Shown here: positions 24,377 through 34,738 of the stretch, one piece after another | How positions within the stretch are numbered: position 1 is the stretch's first letter | Layout of the letters: each line of letters starts with the position of its first letter | From: Daphnia carinata | Lineage: Eukaryota | DNA length: 64,000 nucleotides | Reading direction: 5' to 3' | NCBI RefSeq assembly: GCF_022539665.2 | Contig: NC_081332.1 | Coordinates: forward strand, 6,696,001-6,760,000 | Notes under the pieces: generated by a model | What the model was told of the DNA's origin: nothing | The model's database searches: none | The model's input: only the letters and a program-made list of their open reading frames with translations | Made by a program: the position numbers and the translations under genes

Positions 24377-25545
24377 CCACCGAGCTACGTCTCTCTCTCC
24401 CACCCAATGGTAGGCCTGTCGGGCTTTCACTACGCGCTTTCCACAACTTACTCGGACGGTTCTCAACCTAACAGCGAATCAAGGAAATCGGCCAGGTCTG
24501 TGGTCCTGTACCACGGCAATTTAAGGCACTTTCTAGCCGGCCGGTCACACTTCCCAAGGACCCCTAAACAGCACCTGCCTCCAAGTCCCTTATTCAAAAA
24601 CTTCCCAAGACCCGTGCGAAAAGAACAACAATTGCGCTTACCTTACTCAGCCTAACAGGTGCTACCCTGCATCTCCACCATGTCACGGCCATGGATCTTT
24701 ACCAAGATAGAGACGTCGTGCTTCAGATTAAAAGATAATGTGTATTTCACCACAAGGTTCCATAACACAACTGCAAAACTAACTGCTCTAACCAATTAAT
24801 CAAAAAGCCCCCACAGGTGTGCCAAGTCGCCCCTTTTATATCCGGCGACGAGGGTGGTGCTCCAAAGGACGGCCATAACTGGGGCGGGATTTCCATCCTA
24901 GCGCTGTTGTCGCTACCGCGGTGACGAATCGAATATTTCCGACGCGACAATATTATGCATTCTCATTCACATTCAATGTTTATTTTGTTTCCTAGGAGAA
25001 CACAAAAAAAATTGGCGTCAAGGATGTTTTGTTATACGGGATTATTGATTATTACTAGGATCCAAGCATACACCAAAGCCAAACTTAGGACTTGCTTAAC
25101 CACTCAACAATTTTACTGTGAAAGGATGCAAAATTATGAAAGCGGTATAACATTTTAGTAACCAATATGTCTTAGAATATCTTTACTTTGTTTTTGCATG
25201 ATGCCAGGGGATCACCCAAACCATGCACCTTTCAGATTGGAGGTCTTAAATGGATGAATGTAATTGAAACGAGTTTTCATATTGAGCCTGAAAAAAAGGT
25301 ATGCGAAGGGTCAAAACCTAATTTTAAAAATTTTCATACATTGTGGTTTTCTTGTGCATCATATAACAAAAACTGAGAGCATAAATTTGTTATTGGATTC
25401 TAGGGAAGAATGGATGACTGCTGTTGATTATGCTGCTGAACAGCTTCATACAGATCCTGATTGCAATGATTTGGATATGCCAGCCGTTTCTGAAAAAACA
25501 CCAGGAACCATGCTTCCAATCCTTAAGAAATGGAAAAACAGCTAA

Positions 25546-26370
25546 CAGCTAAGCTCTCGCTTTTCACAGGTATGTGTTAATCTTTACATTTAAGTAAGAC
25601 CTGCCAGTTTATTCCATTGATTTTCAGGAAAAAAGCTGGATTTATCTGATAAGAAAACAAAAATCAAACTAAACGGAAGTTAAATGAAATGAAGAAAAAA
25701 TTATAAAGCAAAAAGAAGAAGAGGAGGTCCTGAATTGCCAAACTTGCATGAGCAACCAAGGTAGCATCTGTGTCACCAACCTCTGTTCTTTCAGAGTTTG
25801 TCTAAACAGAAATTTCTGAACCAAGACTAGCAAGTACATTGCCAACACCAATTTTCAACAGTGAAGGCTGCCCAGTTTTCAGCAAATTTGATTTTGGAGA
25901 ACTATTTAATCCCTCACCCATTCTGAAAAAGACCACTTTAGATCCATAATTGGCAACGATTAAAATGAAAAAAAAAAATACTTAAACAAAAAGTGAAAAT
26001 CTTGGTAGGCCAAGCTGAAGGTGAGAATCTAGAAGCATGGAAGAAAAACAGGCTTGCAATGGTGCTCTACACATAGCTGAAGGTTTTCAGGTAAACTATC
26101 AATTTGACAAACATATTTGTAAGGTGTTCAAAACTTCTAACGTTTCTGTATTGCAATAGGTAGAAGACTGTGTGGAATTCCTTGGCAAATAAATAAAGAA
26201 ACGAGGTAAAATCAAATCAGAAAATAAAATAAATTGGGCTGATCGCAACGAAGAAAAGGAAAAGAGAAAGGAATGACAACAGAAAAAGAGAAAGGAATGA
26301 CAACAGAAAAAGAGAAAAGCGAACATTAAGAAAAAGAAACTGAAAAAAAAGAACATACAGTGATTAAACC
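25546..26370 (+). pseudogene. SURF6: SURF6-like gene fragment, copy C (right arm), downstream of the Akt PH exons
   Basis: Inverted homologue of copies A and B: TPIFNSEGCPVFSKFDFGEL, AEGFQ|VEDCVEFLGK, NWADRNEEKEKRKE. Introns at 25570-25627 and 26091-26159. Confidence 0.7.
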
Positions 26371-27750
26371 AAATCAAAAAAAGGAACATTTATCGTATGA
26401 AATAATGATACCGACTCATAGATGAGCTAAACTCGTTTTCTTTCATGTGCAAGCCATGGCGCGACAGTCTTTTAGAAAAATACACTGGCATGCCTTTCAT
26501 GATTTTGGAAAATTTGAAGAAAAAAATCTTAGATTCATTTTTAATTGTTTAGTGTCTTCACTATAGCAGACTCATAAAAACAGTCTTTCATGGTAGAAAA
26601 TAATTAAAATTGATTTGTACTTGTTAATAGCTTTGTCAACTTCAGGTGCAAGGCTTCCTTATTGTTCATTGTAGTATGTGATGTGAATTAGGTAAACAAT
26701 AGCAGCTGGAATATGTGCATAAGGGGAAAACAAGACACGAAGAACGTAAAAAATTATTTATCATTGCTTGAAAACGCGAGTTCTCACCAGAGACGTATAT
26801 GGTTCTCTCGGACTAAAGGTGAGGTTACTCTTTAACAAAAGACTGCTCTTTACCAAAAGCCATTACTATTTAAGTTTGACTCATAGACGTTCTTATGCAA
26901 ATTAAATATTCCAGTTATGCTAGAACTATTTATAGTTTTGCTGAAAAGCGCTCCAAGACAACAGTTAGCAGTAAAAGGCCTGGCATATTTATAGCAGTAG
27001 GTTATGATTTTAATATATTTATTGGGCTCTTTGTAATCGTGAAAAAAATTGAAAATGTGATAAGGAAATAAATGGTATGAAAATCAATATTGAATTACAA
27101 TATTCTTTCTTTTTGTCCTTATCGCAAACGATAGTTTAAGCTTGTAGTGTTATTCCTCAAAAAATTATTTATCAAATGTTAATAATAATGAACTAGTCTT
27201 CGTATTAACATATCTTTGTTCCCAGCAACCACAAAAGCCCCGCGGAACTCATTCAGTTTCCGTATTCATAACAAATCAGTGGTCTTAACCTATGGAATAA
27301 GTATCGACAAAGAGAAGCTATAATGAAGATGGATTTAGAGTTGGGGGGAATGATCAAAGAGGGTGGACAGAACAAGGCTAAGTGCGGAAAACTTATAATT
27401 CTTATATTATATTTAAAGAAGCTAAAGTAGTTCAATAAACAAAAATTGTGAAAAATGAACTTTATTTAACGGGATATTAGCAATAGATAAATACTAACAT
27501 ATTCCGAAATCCGATAGCTACATAATAAATAATCAAAGATTAACTAGCGTATATACGCTAACATTGTTTCATATGGGCAAACCTTATAGAAGGTCACGGT
27601 TTCAGCAACCTTTATATATTCCAACTTCCACGGAATAGGAAGTGGGAAATACTTTTTGGAAACTCAATAAAGATTTAGGAACATGGAAATTAAGCGGAGA
27701 AAAAGGCCCAGTTTAATGGAGAAAAAGGCCCACTTTAAAATTTGGAATAA

Positions 27751-27846
27751 AGTGGGCCTTTTTTGTATGGGCCTTTTTCGTCTGGGCCTTTTTCGCGGGC
27801 CTTTTTCGTCTGGGCCTTTTTCGTCTGGGCCTTTTTCGCCGACCTC
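27751..27846 (-). repeat. Right terminal array (reverse complement of the left array)
   Basis: GGGCCTTTTT core x6, mirroring 17450-17535. Confidence 0.95.
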
Positions 27847-29814
27847 CACGTTTTCCCCCCTTTCTCCATGATTTCAAAATGTCTTTAGAAAATCAGGAGA
27901 GAGGAAGCGAATGTTGTGATGATTTGTCCAGTGTGGCCGGCACAGCCCTGGTATCCGGTTCTTTTGGAGATGGTGTGCGAATTTACCGTGTGCGAACACC
28001 GCATCTTCTGCGTCAATCCAGCAGGCTATTGGTGTCGACGAAAGACGAGACCCATCCTCTCCTGGTATCAGGCTCACTCCAAGTAGCCGTATGGAAATGG
28101 CCCGGCAAAAGTTCCGTGGGAAAGGCTTTTCGGACTCATTGGTCGACCTTCTCGTGGCCGGTAATCGAGCATCAACCCTTTCAACCTACGAGTCTGCGTA
28201 GTGGCTTGGGCAAATTGGTGTTTTCAACGGGATGAAAATCCCTTATCAACTACTTTAATCTTCGTACTCGAATTCCTGGCGGAACTTAGGTTATGGATAG
28301 TAAATGTATAAGTATTATTAGTATTTTGATTAAGTTACCATTTTGCCAATTCTTCATGTTAAAGAGGGGGTCTTAAATCGTGGTCCTTTTCGGGCTTAGT
28401 TTCTGACAAACAAGAGGCTGGTGATAAGCTCAAGAACAAATTTTTCATTAGCACTTGTAGATTTATTCGACCGTAAATAGTAAAAGCACAATAAACGTGC
28501 ATCGGTCGATGCTATCTAGAGCACTCCCGCTTATCGAAGGCCATCCGATCAGCTCACATCCGCTTGTTAGGAATTTACTTAATGATTGCTATAATTTAAA
28601 TCCAGCGAAACCTAAATACAATTTGTTGTGGGACCCCAGTGTGGTCATAGTCTATGTGGCATCCCTGGGAGAAAACCAGTCGCTATCCTTACCCATGTTA
28701 TCCCGTAAGACAGCGGTTTTACTGGCCTTGGCGTGGCTTCTTCGGGTTTCGAGACTAGCTCATTTCAAGTCCGTCACATTCTCAAATAATAGTATGAGTT
28801 TCTCGTTGTTGAAACCAAGGAAGAACCAGCACAGCGGACCCTTACAATCATTTCTTATTCCATCCTTGCTAGACCCCGGGTGTTGCTCGGTGGCCGAAAT
28901 GAGGCTACCACTTCATTTCGAAACCATTTAAACATTAACTTCTTTTTTGTCTCATTCTACAAGCCACATCGTAGTTGGGTTAGGTTACTGCCTTAGGTCA
29001 TGTTACTGCAAACACTATTAGCGGATGGATACGTTCATCCCTCACGGCCGCCGGGATAGACACATCGATATTTTCTGCGCATTCTACCAGAGAGGCTGCC
29101 GCCTCAAAGGCCTTTACGGCCAGTCCGTCAATAGATTTAATTCTTAAAGCTGGGTATTGGACTAGGGAGTCCGCGTACAGCAAGTTCTACAAAAGAAATT
29201 TTGTTCCGCCTGTCGCCGCAACCGTTTTCAGCTCGGCAGTTTAAATTTAGCGCACAACCTGTTTTGAAATCACCCCTAGGGTATAAAGATCCCGAAAGGT
29301 ATTTCATCTCAGTCTCGTCCATCCAGGCGTGGAACAAGATATTAGCCGGGTCCATAATGGATAAGCAAGATCAACTCTTTCTCTAAGCAATTTGTTCACT
29401 GTGAGTTGTTTTTTTGTATTCGTATTTTCTTGGCCTTTTTTCTGGTGTCACCCATTTATTTGCCACATGAGAAGCTGACAGTTTTTTCGTTGTTTTGTTA
29501 CACGTTTTTGTGTTTTTTCCTGTTTGTAAGATAATTTTGCTATTTGGTATGTTGTTTGTCATTATTATTTGTTCTCCTCACCACCTTGTACCTGCAACTT
29601 GGTTATTGGGCCCTTCTCAATTCTCCGTCTCATTCGCTAAAAAAGTCTGATCGGAGAGGGCGGTTGCAGAGGACGAGGTAATAAAAGTCTTTGAAGAGCT
29701 AAATAGATCTCGTCTACAGCCTTAGGGTCTCTCTCGTTACTTCCTTTTGTTCCCATTAGGAAGGCAGTGATGTAGGACGCTATTTTCCTTTACGTTTGCT
29801 TAGGGATTGAGCTT

Positions 29815-31800
29815 TTAAATCGTGGTTCTATTGCTTCCTTGTTCTATCTTGTTTCTTGCTTCATTATATTGTTGGCAGTAGAGGAGTACGTGTGTTGTTG
29901 TCTTCTTGTTCTGGGCATCTGTGTGGGCATTCATCAGGAGTTTCCGCTTCGAGTATGCCGATGAAGTGATTAAGTCTGTTTTGGCCACTACGAAGGCAGA
30001 ACATAGCAGCTTGTATGTTCCTTTTTGTTGTTGTGCCATGGTAGAAATCATCTCTGTTGACCACAGCCATGTTTGGTGACATTGATTTCAATCTGCTGAA
30101 CGTGATGTTCCTGTGGTTGGATTTGGCAGCTGCTAAATTTTGTTTGATATCTATTCTGTTTATTAGGGTGTTTCCCGTGTGAGGTTGACACTTTTGGATA
30201 TTTGTTGCCAGTTGGTCAGCGATTTCGTTCCCTGGAATCCCTGAATGTGAAGGTATCCATGTTAATACGATTTTAATTCCTGAAGAGTTGAGACTGGAAA
30301 TTTTTTGTTTAATTTCAGGTATTACTGGGCTGAATTCCCATTTGAAATTCGACATTGCTTGGCCAGCAGACTACGAATCATTAAAGATAGTAGTTGATTC
30401 TACCTCTTGATTGTTGAGGTAATGCAGTGCTTATGTAGTGGCATATAATTTAGCGTTGAAGCTATTTGTATACTGTCCGAGTGTAAGGAACGGCCAACCG
30501 TACTCCTTACCTTCCCCTCTCGTTCCCACGCTTGCAACCCTTTTCCCCCCTCTTCCGCCAACAGGTCATCTGCCGATGGCTCTGGCCTTCAAACTTGCCA
30601 ATTCTTCACATAGGTGTTACATTTACACGCAGAATATTTATTCCCGTTGGGACACCTAATCCTAAACGACCTTGCTTCTCCGTATAAATGTTGCCCTTTT
30701 CCCAGATTGTCAGTCAGTGTGTTTTAAGCTTTGAGTCAGTCTACTTCTAGCCACCAGGCAGTCCACTTTTAGTAATTCTTCAGTGCAGTCTACTTCCAGT
30801 TGTCATCACAGTAGTGTACTTTTAACTTTCAATCAGTGTGTTTCTAGCTTTTGGTAGCTCAGCTTCAGTCCAATTTCAAGTGCCATCACAGGCAATCTAC
30901 CTTTACTCTTCCGTAAGTCTTCAGTCTTCACAAACACTTGTACCACAGTGCAACAATACAACGCATCATCACTCATCACTATCCAACAATTAAAAGTAAG
31001 GAATAGATTTTCGAACCTTACACGAGTAACCAAGCCTTTTCTTCTCTTTCTTTAGGGATATAGAAGGCGCAACTGGCTGTTTTTGATTGTTCGCACACTG
31101 AACCATCTGTGTAAATTTCTAGGTGATTAGGGTCTTAGTTGGATCTGGGGGACTTGAATATTTGTGATGTTTGAGCTGAGTCTATGCTTGTTTCTTTGTA
31201 AGTGTGAAGAGTGACGTGGGAATGTAGACGTGTCTACAGGGTGGGAGTGGTTCAACGAATGAACAATGAAGCGGTCCATGATTTTTCATTTAGTTTGAGG
31301 ATATAGTTGTATGCAAGTTGGTCACACCTATCTTTAACAGGGTAGATGCCGGCTTCGATATTTAGTAGTAATCTTGCAGTTGATTTAAAGCAGCCAAATT
31401 TGTTACGCAGAATTTGATTTGGAGCTTGTTCCAGTTTGTCTAGTCTCGTTTTGGATATTGTTGTTAGGATAAATAAATCCATAGTCATAGGTGCTCCGGA
31501 CCATGGCTTTGAATATGCGGATGAATAATGGAATTTTTAAGGTGCTTTTTCCGTAGGTTAGCATTCGTATTACGTTCGCCCTCCTGTTCATTTCATTGAT
31601 GATGACGTTGGTCTGCATTTCTCATGACATTCTAACGTCAAAGATGATTCCGAGGAATTTGTATTGTTTCACTTCGTTTTGGTGGCCCCACTGAGCTTGA
31701 TTGAAGAGCAGGTTCCAGGTTTCTTTTTTATATTAAAAGTGGTGAAGCACATTTGTCCACAAAGAATACAATGTTTTGTTGTCAATGCATTGAACACCTG
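29815..31800 (-). mobile_element. RNase H-bearing non-LTR retrotransposon (I-group-like), 5'-truncated and decayed
   Basis: RT C-terminus (KFLGIIFD, IFKAMVRSTYDYG), RNase H LTWIPSHSGIPGNEIADQLA, and C-terminal LRSG...ECPHRC. Confidence 0.85.
30482..31022. mobile_element. Solo LTR (Gypsy-type) inside the LINE
   Basis: TGTAAGG...CCTTACA termini; 4-bp TSD CGAG (30478-30481, 31023-31026). Confidence 0.9.
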
Positions 31801-31890
31801 TTGTTTTTCTCCATTCTTGACATTGACAACAGCTGTTCTAACCAGTCCTATCACAAAGCAGGGTAGTATGGAACCCCCAGCAGTCTGCTT

Positions 31891-33840
31891 CCCTAGTAAG
31901 TGAAATCCGTCTGATTTCGGTATTGGAACGTTATACTGAAATCTATACGGAATATCCGTATAAAAACAGTTCAAATGTCGTACACCAGTAATTTATTTTA
32001 GTTTTTGTTATTTCGTTTTGCATACTAAGTTTAGACTTTTTCCATTTGCAGTTTTAATGCGTATGGTGGCTAGTTTTTGCGTACCGTTGTTATAGATAAC
32101 ATTGTGCTTGGATTTTCCGTTTCGAAACCGTTTTGGTCTTGAATTATTATTTTTTTTGTTATGCTTTGTATTTTCGTACGACAAACTGAATTTCTAACGA
32201 ATTTCATCCTAGATTATTTTGCGTCTTGTTGCCTGTTTTCGTTTCTCTATATCAAAGTAATACATGAAAACAAGTGGTGAAGCAGGAAACATTATTTGGA
32301 GCAGTTACAACACCCTAACATACCAGAAAGACGTTCGTTGAAATGAATTTTTATGTCTTCCTATTGAATTGTATTACAAAAAACCAATAGTATTATCAAT
32401 ATAAATTATGGAAAAGGGTGGACAGATACCAATTTTTTTAGTGTTAAGAATATCTAGAACATTCATATTATAAAAAATACTTAAATTGTTCAAAATTACG
32501 AAATAAAATTACATAAATGCGAAAAATATACAATTTGGTTGTCCCATATCAATGCCAATATATGTATCGTAACATTTTCTTCTAAAACTACACTTTTTTT
32601 AAAGCGCAAACTACATCATTATGGTGCACACTGAAATAAGTATCTATTCCTTACACAGTTTTCCCACAGAATAGTTTCATAGTTTAGCGAGACTAGTTCA
32701 TTCCACGATAAAACAATAAAAGCTCAAACTTGTATGGAAAAACCTAGCGGTGGCGTCTCGAAAATAGGTTTTTTGCAAGTCGAGCGATATAGCGTCATCG
32801 TCAAGCATAGCGACGAGTATTTAGTTAACCTGTCTTCTGAAAAGCTGATAGTTTCTGTTGTGCAAATTATCACCTACCTGAGGATTAACTAACTTGTAGA
32901 GGTAACTATTAATAAGTAATAACCTAACATCCTGAAAAAGTAAACATTTTCTAACATACATAATGCTTGTGAATGTGTTACAATGAAAACACAAAGAACG
33001 CCTCGTGTCATTCATGCTTACATTTTCGTTGAAAGCATTCTAAATTTTTATTTAATATTTATGTTTCCTAGTGTTGCATTTCAAATTAGCAACAATGTCC
33101 AGGAAACTACCAACAAAGCATCCATTACCAACAGGTCGCAAGAGAAAACCAGGTGAAAGTACAAAAGCAAACGTTGAAAGCAAGTCTCATTCAGCATTTC
33201 AAGTAATATTCAGGAAAGCATAGATAATCATTTTCATTTAAATTTTCTGGGTTAAAGATTTTTTTTTAATTATTATAACAAAAGGCTGGACGTTTGCATA
33301 GCTTTTGGCTAGGAACTTGGAAAATTGGGAAACCACAGTATCAACAACTGCAACAACTGCAACAGTAAATTTTGTAAATTTTGGTTGCTTCTCTTTGTTT
33401 CAGCCTTTTTCGCTAAACATTTTACAAAAGCGTGAAAATTTTGAATAAAATGGTTCCTTCCTAAAACACCGATTTGTATTTCAATATTTAATATAACTTT
33501 TACTTAAACTTGGTACAGAATCTTATTTGTATACGGATTTCGTTCGAGTACATAATTGGATTACATACGGAGTATGTACGCATTTCCTTTACCTTTTATG
33601 TACCGTATTTAAATGGTACCATCGTACTGTAATCAAACAGAAAAAAAACGTTTAAACTGAGTCCGAGAAACGCTTTTAGGCCTAGTATTAATGTCGTTTT
33701 ACAAAATTGAGCCTAGAATCCGTTTAAACCGCGTATTTATTGTCAGATTTAATTAACGTCTGAAATCTGCGCTTTATTCGCAAAACGCAGATGTAAGACT
33801 CAGCTGAAACGCATCTCCAGCCGGTGTTCATTTGCTAGGG
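31891..33840. mobile_element. Non-autonomous EnSpm/CMC-like element
   Basis: Imperfect TIRs CCCTAGTAAGTGAAATCCG / CCCTAGCAAATGAACACCG, flanked by TT on both sides. Confidence 0.7.
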
Positions 33841-34738
33841 TTATTATTTATTAAAATTAGGATAAATAATTAGAGTAAATCTGTACAAAAAAAAATAGGT
33901 GAATACTTATTTAAAATAAATTACGAAAGAAAAAACCACTGAGAATTATAGCAGACGAATAAAATGTTGTAACTATTAGGTATCCTGCAAACGGGTACCA
34001 TTTTGGTGCCGATTTGGTGCCCGAAAGGTGTGTCGGCTCTCTCCGTCATCTGCGGAAGGTTTCGGGTGCCGAAATGGTATCCTTTTCATATCCGCCTTGA
34101 GGATGCCTTAGTATCCTGCAAACGGGTACCATTTTGGTGCCGTTTTGGTGCCTGAAATCGGTGCGGATGCCTTTCCGGTATGTACGGCACCTTTCGGGTA
34201 CCGAAACGGCACTGCATGCTACTATGGACGCTTCCTTTTTTTATCGTTTTACATTGTTATTCAACAATATAATAGCAAAGTCGTCTATGGCTCTTAATTT
34301 GTGCTGTTTCAGGACACGCAGTATTTGGTGTTTGCTTTGTTGTTTGCTTTGTAACCAGGATTGTTGTTTGGGAACGATGAAAGAAACCCATGATTTATTC
34401 TAGTGTAACATCAATATGAAAAGAAACTTTAGTTGCCCTTCAGGCTGTCCAAAAGTAATGAAAGTCGCCTGTTTTCCACAATGTTAGCGTTACAGCCAAT
34501 TTTAATTACTGATTCACAGTTAAAATTATTGAACGCACTTTCTCAGAGAGCATACTGCAGTACATTCCTACCACGGCAAAAAGCTCGTTGAAATGGTAAT
34601 GCGAACGATGTTTACGTAATTTTTATTAGTCATTGTACGTTATGATAAAAGGAATAAAAACTTGTTCGTCAACTTGTCCTCACCAAACAATTGATAATAT
34701 GGTTAACATTTTTATTCCGTTAGCAACGATTTGTAGAT

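Larger units (their letters stand above)
22107..24949 (-). mobile_element. Gag-only Gypsy-type LTR retrotransposon (2843 bp)
   Basis: 269-bp LTRs (22107-22375, 24681-24949) that are identical by eye, with TGTC...GACA ends and TSD ATAT. PBS TGGTGGAGATGC matches a tRNA-Ala 3' end; PPT AAGGAGGGGGA. No pol. Confidence 0.95.
21969..25545 (+). pseudogene. Akt: Akt/PKB PH-domain gene fragment with introns
   Basis: Exons 21969-22036 (IIKDG*LL*R), 24996-25144 (GEHKKNWRQ...PLNNFTVKGCKIMKA), ~25208-25297 (PKPCTFQIGGLKWMNVIETSFHIE) and from ~25403 (EEWMTAVDYAAEQL). These follow the Akt PH domain in order; several stops. Confidence 0.85.
17440..27846. mobile_element. Foldback / MULE-like non-autonomous element with long inverted arms and captured host genes
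   Basis: Flanks TACGTTTTC / CACGTTTTC (8/9 match) and G...C termini. Terminal GAAAAAGGCCC arrays are inverted relative to each other. 17440-~19460 is inversely homologous to ~25570-27846. Excision restores the DIRS reading GYVFPPFSMI. Confidence 0.9.
15755..29730 (+). mobile_element. DIRS-type tyrosine-recombinase retrotransposon, 5'-truncated and multiply interrupted
   Basis: RT C-terminus YLGMIVDSVRM; RNase H CSDASLSG...HINCLELLGA...FLDNSTA; MT-like domain DLFGSSWN...YVF|PPFSMI...CPVWPAQPWYP; YR from ~28200 to 29240 with AHSTREAAAS...AGYW. Native segments are 15755-16389, 17199-17439 and 27847-29730. Confidence 0.9.

Noticed and set aside
33980..34215. Duplicated TATCCTGCAAACGGGTACCATTTTGGTGCCG with GGTGCC repeats
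   Set aside because: Probably a decayed DNA-transposon end, but no paired TIR or TSD could be defined.
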